Of a stretch of DNA of 64,000 bases, positions 24,123 through 37,155 are shown one piece after another. Positions within the stretch are counted from its first letter, which is position 1; each line of letters opens with the position of its first letter. Location: assembly GCA_002633005.1 (NCBI GenBank), contig NMRA01000123.1, forward strand, positions 646,656 through 710,655, read 5' to 3'. The position numbers and the translations under genes are program-made. Origin of the DNA: Phoronis australis. Taxonomy: Eukaryota > Animalia > Phoronida. The notes under the pieces are model-generated. The model saw only the letters and a program-made list of their open reading frames with translations. It did no database searches and had not been told where the DNA came from.

Positions 24123-26494
24123 AGGAGAATGATACCCAAAAAACAACCTATTTTGTATCAATTTAGATCGAATAAATCTACTCGATAACGGAACGTTCGG
24201 TTGCGTTAGCTGACACCTGACGGCAGACGGAGGTGTTGACAATATCACACGCAGTCTGTTCAGCAGTTCACAACACGAGTTACTGGTGTCAGGTTATCGC
24301 TTGAATTCATCGTTTAACACCAATAAATCATCAAACTCCGATGTAAAACCCTTAAAGTGTACGCAACATGACTCTAGTACCTCAAAATAAATTTTATTAT
24401 TATGTCTTACTTGATTTCAGTTTCTTTAGTTCACAGCTCATAAAGAAACACGTAAAAATTGAAAAAAAAATTATAATTGTGTACAGCGTCATGGGTTGAA
24501 CCCAAGTCCTTCGGCGCACTGTTCGGATCAGCAACTAAGTGTATAAAGTGAAGTGAAAGTAAAATATATTTAGCGTCGAGAAGGTTCGTAGCGGGATGAA
24601 AAGATGTGTTTGCGGAGGCTGCAGCAACAGCAGTCAGACGGAGAACGTCTCGGTGTTCCGAAGGACGCCAAAGTTGCGCAGTAGTGGCATCGCTTCGTGC
24701 GCCGAATGAGAGTGTGGGACCTCAGCGTGGACCAAGCGACTATGTCCGGGGCCACTTTGTGTTCTGCCCACTTTGAGGAGTCGTGTTTCGACTCCAACCA
24801 GAGGAGATGTTACTATGAAGGCCTGGTTCAATAAAGGACAATATTTACTATTCAGAAACATCGGCTCTTTATTCAGGATCGTCTGTCGGATGACTGGGTT
24901 GACTGGCCGAGCCCGAGGCCGCTTCTCTTGCGGGAGGATCCAGTTCGTAAGGCCTCAAAGAAGAAAAGTACGCAGCTGAAAACATATCAAACTCGTTCTC
25001 GCTTTCGTGCAACCCCATTTCGTCATCCTGGCCACCATTCTCGTACGTTTCTTCATAGTATTTGTTCATTTCTTGCACATAATCGTTGTCGCTTTCAAAT
25101 TCCCTACTTACCGCCGTTGTTCAATTTGAATGCTAGTCGCTGATCTCATGTGTTCAACCAATGACGTCACATGGCGGGAAATGTGAAAATAAGCAAAATT
25201 GAAAGAGAAATCAAAATTTCGAGTTAATGACACAAAATAATCATGGATTTGGCTAAATTTTACGTCATACATTTAGTCTGTGGCCACCGGTAATTCGAAA
25301 TGTGCAAAAATCCATGGTGTATACTGTTTAAAAATACACCGAGTTCTTATAAAAACGTGTTGTTTTATTTCGTTGTAACGGATCTATTGGTATTTGGACA
25401 CACCGTAGCCTACAAAGTTCGACAGGCCAATTTACCAAGGTCCGTAGCAGGAGTTTGGGGTCTGTTCGATGATAAATTTGAAGTATTCTTCCGTGAAATA
25501 CAGACAGGAGAAACTTGAGCTGTGTTGTTTGGACTTGTGATTTTTTGTGTTCTAAACACACAGAACCCTTGTTACCCGATCAGGCCCCTCGCGGCCGCCG
25601 GGACTGGCACGAACATAAACCAGCTTGAGTTGGAAAGATTCCCTTAACATATGACCATAGCTTATAAAATCGAGTAATTGTTTCACAACAGCTGTCTGTC
25701 AGCAAACACTGAATTAACATGCGCTCACACGGCCTCGGTACTCGGTTAAGTACCTTTATTGTCGGCATCAAAAGTCGGTAACGCAATGGTTTATTCATTG
25801 CTGGATTCTCAATATTTGCAAAGGCATTACAAATTGTATCTAATGAGACAGACTCTGTTTCAGTTTTATATGGGCATTGGTTAGGATAAGAATAATTTAT
25901 TTTGAAACAGAACGCAGAATAATAAACGTCTACATGGAAACTCGCCCGGCGCCAACCCCGACTTAGTCAAGAGCTCACCGCCTGACAAAAACTTCACGGG
26001 TCGGATCGTTAGGTTTCACAGGCTATCAATTCGAACCGGATTAAGAAATACTAGAGAGGCGCCGTGAACATGCACAGGCAACGGAACGATTGTTCTTTGG
26101 TAAGCTGGAATTCGTCCTAGAAATCACTGTCGACGAAATGCCAGCGACAAACACGGATCGTTTCACGGCCTCGTACTTGCTAGTAAAAGCGTACCTTTCA
26201 TTCTTCACTACCGCGAACCACTTCCTAAGCATTTCGGGCTCTCGAAGAAGTCGAAAAAACGATGTGCCCGCTTTCTTTGCAGCTTCATAGTTCGGACAAG
26301 CGGAAACGATGCACAGCAATATAGCGGCATTCACTCTGCAGATGAACCACTGGCGTCGCTGCGTCGTTTCTCACCTTCTTCACAGGTTAACGCGACACCT
26401 GTTGGCACCGTGATGTCAACCGTATAAGAGGCGATGTGAATTTAGACCGATTAAGACGGTAAAAAAGACTAATTAAATCGGGTGGTATTCTTCT
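24123..26494 (-). mobile_element. Non-autonomous Kolobok-like transposon (outer element)
   Basis: TTAA|aggagaat ... attcttct|TTAA; - strand THAP remnant CIVSACPN...SFF...KWFAVV (26334-26150); + strand GYQFEP KolX-like head (~26020); reverse-complement copy of 57044-58668. Confidence 0.8.
24356..25327 (+). mobile_element. Second Kolobok-like element nested in the first
   Basis: TTAA duplication at 24352-55 and 25328-31; imperfect TIRs; + strand THAP CVCGGCSN...FPKDAKV..WHRFV...LCSAHFEESCF (~24600-24790); convergent acidic RPYELDP ORF on - strand (25078-24869). Confidence 0.78.
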
Positions 26495-26611
26495 TTAATC
26501 CGTTTTGTCCATCGTTGGGCAACGTTGCCATCCGAAGACACGTCAAACGACTCCTTCTGGGGAAGCCCTGTGTCATATTTTAGTCAAACCTCCAACCGCT
26601 TAGGTGGTACT

Positions 26612-27202
26612 CTCGCTGATTCCGTGGGTGCCGAGTCAGCACGCAGGTATCACGCAGTACCACGCGCTTTATCATTGGTTGATGTAACCTCGACAGTCAT
26701 TGGTTAGTGTTACAACAAAGTGAGGAAATGGCGGACTACAAACGATTGTTATCCATTTCAAGTGTCGCAGCAACAACTATTTCGTTTCTGCAGTAAGTTT
26801 AATAGCCGCGTTCTTGAAGCACACACGTACAAGTACAATAAACACGCCGTCATCTGGCCGGTTTAACTACCAATGACGGTGTGTTATTCCTACTGTATGA
26901 ATACAGGACAGCAACGTAAATAAAAATCAGCGACAGTAGAAAGATGCACTCCGAAAAGGCGCAACCACAATTTTCTGGGAATCGCATTTCTTGAACATGT
27001 ATTTTAAGCACCGATTTGTCTGTACAACAGACCACACTTACACTTCCTCCTTCAGTCATGTCATTTTGTTTGCGTAAAGCGCTGCTTGTTGAGAATTCGA
27101 CCAGGCCAATCAGAAACGCCGGAGTAAAAAAAAATTTCCCAAGGAAAATTAAGTGGTAACTGCGTGCTGGCTACCACCTAGCGGCACCCAGGGAACCAGC
27201 GA
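26612..27202. mobile_element. ~590 bp TIR element, copy 1
   Basis: TIRs tcgctgattccgtgggtgccg / cggcacccagggaaccagcga; second copy at 47279-47853. Confidence 0.8.
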
Positions 27203-28274
27203 GAGGTGGCACTGAACAGTTAGGCTGTAGCCATAGGGCATTTTCTAGTCCCCTAGAATTTAAATACAGGACATGCGTCAATTTTGGCGGGAGGTTTGAG
27301 GAATTTGTTGGAAAAAATGCCAAGGAAGTGATTTACTTGTGTTTTTGAATGAGAAAAGCCACGTTTTTTAGCCGTGGCCCACTTTCCCTGCAAAATAGTG
27401 ACTGTCGCTTGTTTAGTTCAACCCGCCTGTAGCCCGCTGACTGAGAAAACGGGTGCGATTTCAGGTGGCTGTCAGACAGATCCAAATTGCGAAAAAAGTA
27501 GCTGGTAAGGGAGGTACTATGACCACATATCTAGAACCTAGAGAGAACGTTGTTAGATTTGTCTAGTACTTGCAGGGAAGTAGTCAAGTTTTGGGGAGAA
27601 AACTGTCAAATTTGGTGTTTTTGGTCCTATTTTTGTGTGCCGGTATTTTTTCCGGTCTGAATTAGCCGATTAAAAATCCGTAGCAGAATTAAGTTTCAGT
27701 TATCATGAGTAGTGCATTTGAGTTCGGAACGCCAAAAAAATCTTTTGTTTCCATAAGACTCTCGATAAGGACGTGAGATAAGGACTTGTGGCTCCACTTG
27801 GGTGTGTTTTGGCAGCCAAAACCCTGTTGTAACTGTAGTGTGCCCCTTAGGTCCTGGAACTCAGCCTCGTCGCCAATGTAGTGTATGGTAAAACAAACAC
27901 GGAATAATAAACTAGAATGACTTGAGGTGAATACAACACGAGGGTTAACCGGAACGCTGCTAGTTCTATCTATAGCTGAAACTAAAACTAGTTAGTATAC
28001 AGTCTTTACTCATATATGACCCAGTTTTCAACAGTGACAACAAGGACGCGACCATTCAACTAAAAGTAAACGTGACTGAAGCACAATACAGTTGAACAGG
28101 AGCTCGTTGTCTGGACAATAAAATCCATGAACCGCGAACTATTTCCTCAAAACAAGGTGCAAGCATTATGAGTTCATCAGTTAATTTCTAATCGCCGAAG
28201 GCATATATCTGTGCTCAATGCTGAGTAGGCCTGGACAGTTTTCATTTGCAGACTAATTAAAGGGTCGTTTTGGC

Positions 28275-28341
28275 ATGGCTAGTTGGTTGAAATCAAACCG
28301 TTTCATGGTTATGCTTTTGGCCACCACAATTCGAATTACCG
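28275..28341 (+). CDS. Gene 2 exon 1, putative signal peptide
   Basis: MASWLKSNRFMVMLLATTIRIT then G|gtaagt; same coding length (67 nt) and phase as gene 1 exon 1. Confidence 0.68.
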
Positions 28342-31300
28342 GTAAGTTGGTACAGTGTACATACAATGATGTCGGTTTATCGCGTTTTTCTAACCATTGA
28401 ATGCTGTAAATCTCCATTTTATTTATAAATTAACTGATGCCTTCTATCAAAAATAACTACTGATTTATGCACCTTACGTCGAAGTGAAATTATTCTTTAC
28501 TATGATTAAACTGGTTTCTGGAATAATTGACAGTACATGTTAGTGAAGCTCAGTATAAGTTAGCTCGACTCCGACCGTGGCGTATCAATTTGATCGAACA
28601 TGGCCATCTGAATTACTATCGTTTGTCAGCACGTTTTGCAACTAGTGCTTGCATCAGGTTGACATGCGATGAAGGGGTGACCTTTTCAAGATCAATTTCC
28701 CTACAAAGGGTTGCCTTTCCCTACCATCCCGACAGAGGTGTTCACGTTGGGAGTTCGAAGTTACACAAAAACTTCCATGTTCCAATTGCACACATTTGGA
28801 GATAGATTTTCGATATTGTCTATTTTTGATTGTTTTCAAACCTGCACTGTATTGGGCCTTCTGGGTTAAAAGTTCTGCTGTCCCAGAGTTTCTACAAAAG
28901 GTTTCTGGAACCTGAAACGTAACGACTTTTTCATAAAATTTCTGAAAATAGGCCCATCTGAAAGTGCGCTTATGGACGTATTTTTTAGAAATTCACCGTG
29001 GAATTAGACCACTTCATTTCCTGCCCTATGCTCTAAATGGGTAGGCATCATAACTTTCCACCTGAAATCGCCACCCGGCAAAATGTAGTCGAGTGCCCCC
29101 GGATGTACCGTTGACGTATCTTAACGGACCGTGTCCAGGTCAATAGTTGTAGAAGAGATATTTAGGTTCATACATGCCTTAAATGTAGGCTCCTAACTCT
29201 ACTATAAGTCAGTGAAATGCCTGACTTCCATGGCTTGCGGATCAACTAAGCGTGTGTTTAGATGTAAAACAGTTGTTTTCTTTAGTATTGTTTACACCAG
29301 CCGAGTCGTTGGTATACGAGATGTGCAGTGACATAGCTACAATCAGGACCGCGGAAGGGTACATAGTGAATGAAAACTATCCCTTGAGTTACACCAGCAA
29401 CAGGCATTGCACCGTAAATGTTGTCGCACAAAGGAATAAACTATTGCTGCTGACTATCTTGAAGTTGGATTTAGCCAGAGATAGACAGAACTGTACTGAC
29501 TGGATTTCTATAAAAGACGTCGAGTTTTCGCCTCCCCTAGTTCTTTTGGATATGGTTTGCACCATGAACTACTTTCCAGTGAAAGTATCTTCTTCGTCCA
29601 ACAAGCTGGAAATAAGTTTCTACAGCAGTCACGTTGGATTTGGATTCCAAATACAGTACAAAGGTTCGTATCAATCCGGACTTGCTTGTAATCTGATGAC
29701 CAAAGTCATTGAATTGCAATTGCCTAATGTACATGCAGTAGTCGTTCAAATCAATTTGAGCTTTATTTGTTTATTAGAGCAGAAGCTGGGGTATTATCAT
29801 AAAAAATATCAACTTCGGAACATGGTTGGTTCCCACTGCTAGATTATGAGTTGGTCTCGCGGGTGAACATCTTTAAAGCAACCAATCACAAGTCAAACTC
29901 ATGCAGGTTTCAATCTGCTTTCTTCTCTAACGCGTATCCCCAGGTGGCGACTCCAGCCCTTAAGTGGTATTTTTATTTCTTTTGCAATAACTGCTTGAAA
30001 CGGTTGTTGGTTAAGAAATTTCGTCTTACCTTAGGCATGTTTCACCCACTGTCCAATCAGAAAGCAATTTGGACGTCTAATATCGAAAATGGACGCTTTT
30101 CAAACGTCTGACAGCTGCCTTCTTGTCGTCTGCTCCCAAATCAGCCGACAGATCTGATGAGAATTCTACTGACTAAGGACTTTTTTGTTAGGCTATCTTC
30201 GCCTATACTGATCGCAAGTCATTGGCCGTAAGCATTTTGCACAGTAATGTTCTGCTAATTGCTAAATTGATTATCGCCCTACCCAGTAGATCACACGGCG
30301 CAGCCTTAGACAAAGACAATAGCCGAAAAGAATTGAGTGTGTCTAAGTAAAATGCCAGGCGATTTTGGATAGTTTTGCTCTTTGAGTCGTTATTGCGAAT
30401 TCCAGGAGGACGACTGGCCACCGAATCTTAATTCAACTCTGTTAAACTTTCATATTTGCGTTACATTTTTTAGTAAAGATGTGGTGTTTAGGATCCAGAG
30501 AGTGCAGGGACTTTCTTCAATTACAAAACCAAGGCGGGGGACAGGTATTCAGATTTCTTTGAAAAACTTCACCACGCCCATTTAAATAGTAATTTTTAAT
30601 GAAAAGTGCTTATTGTAATAACGTCTTTAATGATTGTTTTAAAATCGAGGAATTTTTTACGGGTTGGTTCTGGCTCTGACATTTTTATGACCAGAAGATT
30701 CAGGCAAGCAGTTGGCGAAAATTGGGCCTTCTAACTCGGAATGAACTCCTTGCAGTAGGTCACAAGCGGATTTTATAAGAAGGAAGTGGGTCAAACTTGA
30801 TCTTCTGGATTATTGGAATCCCCATTCAAGGAATGGAACGTCGCTAGCGTGTTCACCGGCAAGGAAGTAATCTTGGGGAGCATTGCCAATATTCCAACAC
30901 TACTCGACGCACAGCTTGGACAGATCTGAATTTTAATGCAAATTTACAAACAACGCAAATCATATCTTTTGTGAAAAAAATCTGCTTAATGCTGTCAACA
31001 AGCATCTGGTACTTTCCAGCGGAAAAGTTCATGTTCACCACTGGTGGTGTGATCCCAGACTCCGGCGTTCTGAAATCCACCGGAAGCATCCCCCCCCCCC
31101 TATTTTTATTGTTTTTTCCCTGTTGGGAAAACGGAATAAACTCTTCTCCGGCCTAGCGACGATGATATGGCTTTGATAAGCTGAGCCATACATCCTATAT
31201 TGAAAATGTGTGGCTATGGATTTTTAAATCAACATGAGTTAAGTTGCTATCTCGTGCCGTTGGTTCGTGAAACTTACAATTAAGAGATAAGAAATGAATG

Positions 31301-34300
31301 ACACTCCATACGTATATCCATTTGCCTTGTTGATTTCCTTTTGCGAACTATAATTTTCCAAGTCATTAACATATCATCATCTCTATGCCTCTCGACTACC
31401 GGGACCAATTTCTGTTTCCCCCTATCCTCATAGACTTGCGCATTACTGTGAGTCGTATTATTTCGTCAACTTCATCATACAGTAGTCAGATTTTCCGTAC
31501 TATGTGTTTCAATCTACTCGTTTGTAAAAACCTTACGCCGGATGACAAATTTCTCATAAATACAAGTTTTGCGCAAACGATTTTAATTCTGGTCAGCACG
31601 CCACCTGTGACCACATCAGAAGATACATAAGTCTCGTGATGTGGCCATAGGTGGCGTGCTGGCCAGACTTTGAAATGTTTGCGATATACATTTCCAAGGC
31701 GGTTGAAGATTTTTATATTTACATAAAAACCAGATTTGTGACTATTTGGAATAAGCAAAACCACGTACTAGGCATGACCAATACAAACTCGCGCATTGCA
31801 AAACGCGGGGGCTGTTCGAAGAAACTGACTTAAGTTCGTGTTTTACTTAAAGTTTAACATTTGTCTTAGCTAAGTCAGTCACCGGGCCTCATCAGAGGAC
31901 CCAGAGAGAACAAATTTGTCAGGTTATCTACATGTATCTCTATTTGCTGCTTGTTCGATGTAGACGTTTTCATCACCTTAGGGCGAGCGCAAATATCCGA
32001 ACGAAAAGTGTGGGCATATTTATGCGTCTACTCCGACTCGGTCAAAAATCAGGCTGTCGGACTTGCACAATACACATTAACACCTGTCCAACGTTTTGCA
32101 TCCCAACGACACTCGCATTGCAGTGTACATAAAAATGTATAAAGACGTTTGCTACGTCACGCGACTGTACTACCTATTCCAGTTGGTCTATGACACTACT
32201 TCAATTGACATCAGGCGTGCCTTCAGTAGACGCTGGGACCTACGCTAGGACCTAGCTAAAACCTAGTCAAAGTCACGTGTTCTCCTTTAAAATACACGGC
32301 AATATCTCACGTAATCTCGTGAAGTCTTGCTTTTTAGCGAGGTCCTAGCGTTTAATGAACGGGAGGCAGGAAACATGTCAAAATACAGGTAGGACACCTT
32401 TGTGAACATTTCTTTAAAGCTGTTGATGAATCCGATGTCCTAATTTTTTTGTTTTATTTTTAAACCTGCATACCGACAAGTGTTCAGCAATAAAATAACA
32501 ATAGTGTAACAACGTAAAAGATGACTCTTTGATTACATTTCAGCATTAACACCAGTGATGCCCACTTTCGAAATCTGTGGAAGTTCCGAAGTACAGTGTC
32601 CAGGAGGATATGTTGTATCACCTAGATTTCCAAATGATTATCCGAATAACTTGAAGTGCATTATGGTCCTGAAAGCCAGTAAGAGTCATCATCAGTTCAA
32701 GCTGTCTTTCAATACTCTTTACTTAGAAAGTAATAAGTACTGTAGTTTGGACAGTTTGGGTATTATTTATGGTACGCAAGAAAGTCCGAACAAAAGAAAA
32801 TACTGCGGTAAGCCTGGGGAAGACACCACTGACGTCATCACGAATTCCAGTCGAGTCGAGATAGTTTTCCTCACAGACCACAGTGCTCAAAAGAAAGGGT
32901 TCAATGTGACATTTGAAGGTATGTTGCATTGTTAGAAACGAGTTTTTGCGTGAATTATAGCATGCTCACATACAGATGAACGTGAGTCTAAAGCCAGACA
33001 TTCAGAAAGTCCAGACTGTGTGACTTAGATCTTCATTTTCCAGCCAATACTACGTTGTTAAAGACAAGTGTTTTAGACTGAACCATCTAGTCAACATATG
33101 TACACTCTCCCAATCTGTTGCCAATTTCGGAACATTTTCCTTCGAGACCGTGTTCAAATTCACGAAGTCTTCGAACTTTATCAGCCTTGTATGCAGGGCA
33201 CATAGACTTCCCTCCTAGCGCGCAGCCCACTTTTGGTGTCTCGCAGATATTGTTCTGTGCTCGCACAAGGACCAACCCTGCTCCCGGCACACCTTCCGGC
33301 TATGCGACCTACCAGCTCGCAAGCAAACTAGTCGATCCACCTGATGGACTATTTTCGTATTTACCCCTCTCGGTTGATTATTAATCAAGCGTTTTCCTTG
33401 ATTCCTGAAGTATTATCCAAGAAAAAAAGGAAAAAGAAAACAAAACACGGAGAACGTGTCAAACAGGAAAAACTGAACGTACCAAAGACTCGAACTCACG
33501 ACCTGGCGGATAGAGAGCGCGTGCGTTACCACTACACCACCACGATTAACTACAAATCTCTTACTAAAAGACCTACTTGTTTATGGTCCACAGCGTTTGC
33601 GCGCGAAACCTACTTCTTTTCGCAATGCTTATTACACTTTTTATATTTTGTGCCATCAATTGTTAACAAATTTGTCGTATTTAAAATAGTCTTCAAATGC
33701 CCAAAAGACCAAATCCGTTTTTCGTGTTGGCAATAATGACGGGATTGCTTTGGAAATCGTCTTAAGATAAGGTTTGACAAAGAGAGTATTGCGAGTTTCT
33801 GAGTGATTCACTAAGGCTTCGATTAAAATTCACATCTTACCAGCAGCTTCTGTTTTTTCATCGTCACTCAGGTTCCATTCTCTTTAAAAAATGAAGTAAA
33901 TTTTCTTCATTGCACAGTGGAGCAGACGACGAAAACGGAGTCGTAGTGCGCAGCGCATCTGCCGGTCGCCTGGGATATCGCGGGAGAGCCTATACTTAGC
34001 CGTAGCTCCGTTACGAATGCGCCGTTTTCCGAATTTGACAGACACTTGAAATTAGGTTTGAGCCCCCTCCCCCCCCAAACACTAAAACTGCACACATTTA
34101 AATCTTCTTTTCATCCGTATAATTTTAATTACCGGGGTTTATTAATATACTCACCATTTCCCTACGCTCTTACTGTTTTTTTGCGGCAGCCAAGGGGGGG
34201 GGCCTGGGCCCCCCCTAAATCCGCCTATGATATATACAAAGCATTCCGATAGTGGCGTAGGTGAAATAGTGTATATGTCTCAATAAATCATATTAATAAT

Positions 34301-37108
34301 GTCTCACTCGCCCTTATTCCGCTTATCGACCTCGACCTTCGATCTCAGTCAGTACGTGGTATCTACTTCACTCAAGGTAGTTTTGTATTTATCCCATATG
34401 CTTCGAACTCTTGGTTTCATTATTGTTCGGTAGATTTTAAAAATACTTCACTCGCACCGTTCACGTGGCAGGCGTTATTTTACAAATTTACTCAAGTTAA
34501 AGAAAAAGTATCAAATTAAACGATTTATTACTTGAGAAAAGACAACGAAGATGAAAACAGCGGTAACTCTGCATTGTAACATTTTCTGAAAATAATTAAG
34601 TAACAACTATATTTAGCATTGTAGTTACGAGGAATCGGTGCCTGAGTCATGTCAGTTGCAGACGATATGATATTTCGCAAGTAAAACCGAGACAGGAGTC
34701 TTATATGATTAAAAGTTTTGTTCCAGGTGTTATGTTTGTGACCTGATTGCATGTTGAGTGTTATTTATACAGCTTCAACTTTATTACTTTAAACTATTTT
34801 GGGAAAGTTTGATGATCGAGCCGGCTGGCGACGTCGAGTCGACATTGCCCTTTTAAACCTTCCATGTCAGAGGGCACAGTTAAAGTAGTCCTGAGGATGC
34901 AATACGAAAAACAATACCACATAACGGTATTGCACTCGACTTATTCAACACGTATGGGATAAAGTCTTTCTCTCACTACATACTATGAATATTATTCAAT
35001 TCACGTATTTTATTGAAAAAAATATCGACACTTTTATTTAGTCGTGTTGAGCGCAGTGATTTAGCATGGTCTTTACATTGACCTTGGGTTATGTAGGACC
35101 TTATCAACAAGTCTGCGTAATTAGTCAAATATCTACAAAAGTGCATATTTTCTTCCAGTAACTAGGCCACGGGACCATAACTTCTCTTAGTAAAATATAA
35201 AAATATAGTAAAAAGTACACTTATAGCAAAGCAACACTATCAATAACGTGACCAAATATTTTAGTATAAAGTTTCAGTATGAAATCTCATCTCTCCCGTT
35301 TTCGTTCAATGCAACGTTTTGGAGCTTTGGTGAAAATCATATAAGTTTTGTATCTTGATAGAATTCCCTACAAAAAAGAAGGATTTAAACACAATTCCTA
35401 ATAGTGTTTTGGATAGTAGTCCATAGTCATATGTGTCAATTATAAAGATGGCGGACGGAATACTCCTATTTTTAATAGATATGACGTATTCTGCATCAAC
35501 TAGTGGACGTTCTTACTGTTTTGAAATCTGCTTGTAGTTCCACCTCGCAATCCGCAGCGAAACCAATCAAAGCATCGATCACTTTCGGACGGGACCGACT
35601 ACTGCTGATACCTCGATGACAATTCCATTTCTTACATTGACGGCTTTTGGGACAAATCTGAAAACTATTGAGTCCCGTAGTGGCACATTTGTACGCTTGC
35701 CTTAATATCTACCAAGTTCACTGAAGAATATTCGATACATTTGACAAATAAATTGCAACCACACAGAAGACAGTAGCTGTCCCATTTTAGAAGGAACAGA
35801 TTTACATTGAGCCCCTAGTGGTCTTTTGTTATTTTTTCTGTACTTTGTTTGTCCGCCTCCGTTTCCTCCATACTGCTTGAAGACTCATACATGGCGTCAC
35901 ATATCAACAGTCCGCTCTGTTTAAAACCAATAACCGAAAATATTCGAGACTTCGTTTACAATTAGTTATTTTTCACCATTGATTTTTGCGTAGAGATTTT
36001 ATGCAGGGGAAAATGCAGATACGGCAGAATCAAAGGAATTTTATGCATTCTACAATTCCCAAGTTTTCATTATTATATTTCCCAGCAAGAACTCTTAAAA
36101 ATTGTATGCGAGGTGAAATCTTTCCCGATGTTTTTTATAGAAATACCGCTCGAGGACTTAACAACACCAATACCTTTGCTGGAAACGACAGCCCGGGCAG
36201 ACACAGAAACAGCATCTAAGATTGTCGTAATGAAAAACGAAAGCTCTACCAAACTTACGAAGAATGTACATCTGACGAATCAGATGACGTCATCTAGCTT
36301 TACTAGTCAGCATCCGGGCATCATACTTTCTACAGCAACAATGCCATCGAAGGCTACATCTGTGGCAAGTAACAGTCAAGCAACTACCTACAACTTCCTC
36401 TGGCAGTCTTCTCCAAAAACCCATGCAGAACAAGGTACTTATTTTCTCGTGTTTTTTCTTCATAAAATATCAAAAACGATGTGATGGGTGGTGTTGAGTT
36501 CTAAGCAGTGGCGTTCCGACGGGGTAGGAGGGCAGTAAAAAAGAGTGGAACCAGCAGATCCACAAAGATTTTAAAAAGTGGACATATGAAGGTTTTCTTT
36601 AGTGGAGGCGGAAATTTTTATCACACCTCTTTGATACTTTCCCCTGCCTCCTTCCGTCGCCATGACCTGCATAATTTTCCCGGGAAGCTCTGCTCTCTTC
36701 GCGCAACTTCATGAGTGGAGGTACTCACTCTGTCACTAACTTTCTCTGGTTGCGGTAAACGTCTCATTACAATCCAGTCCTGTCGAGTGCCTGAGTATTT
36801 TGGAAACCTAGCACTCTAAGAGAGTGTCAATGGGGACTCCTTTGGAAAGTCTGCATATAAAAAACGTTTCTTTCTTATATTAGACTCTAAAAAATTTGTC
36901 ATCTGTTCTTAACGAGGGCCCAGGAGTACCACAATTTAATTGAGATTGTTTAACGCGTGTAAGTCTGTAGATTTATCCTTGCAATTGTTACTGTTCAACG
37001 CGTTTTACTTTTATGTTTTTGAAAATATAACACGGTGTGTCTTGCCGAAGGTAAATGGAGTAAATTTGCAGCATCGAAACATTTGTGTAATAATTATCGC
37101 AATGACAT

Positions 37109-37155
<47 letters not shown>

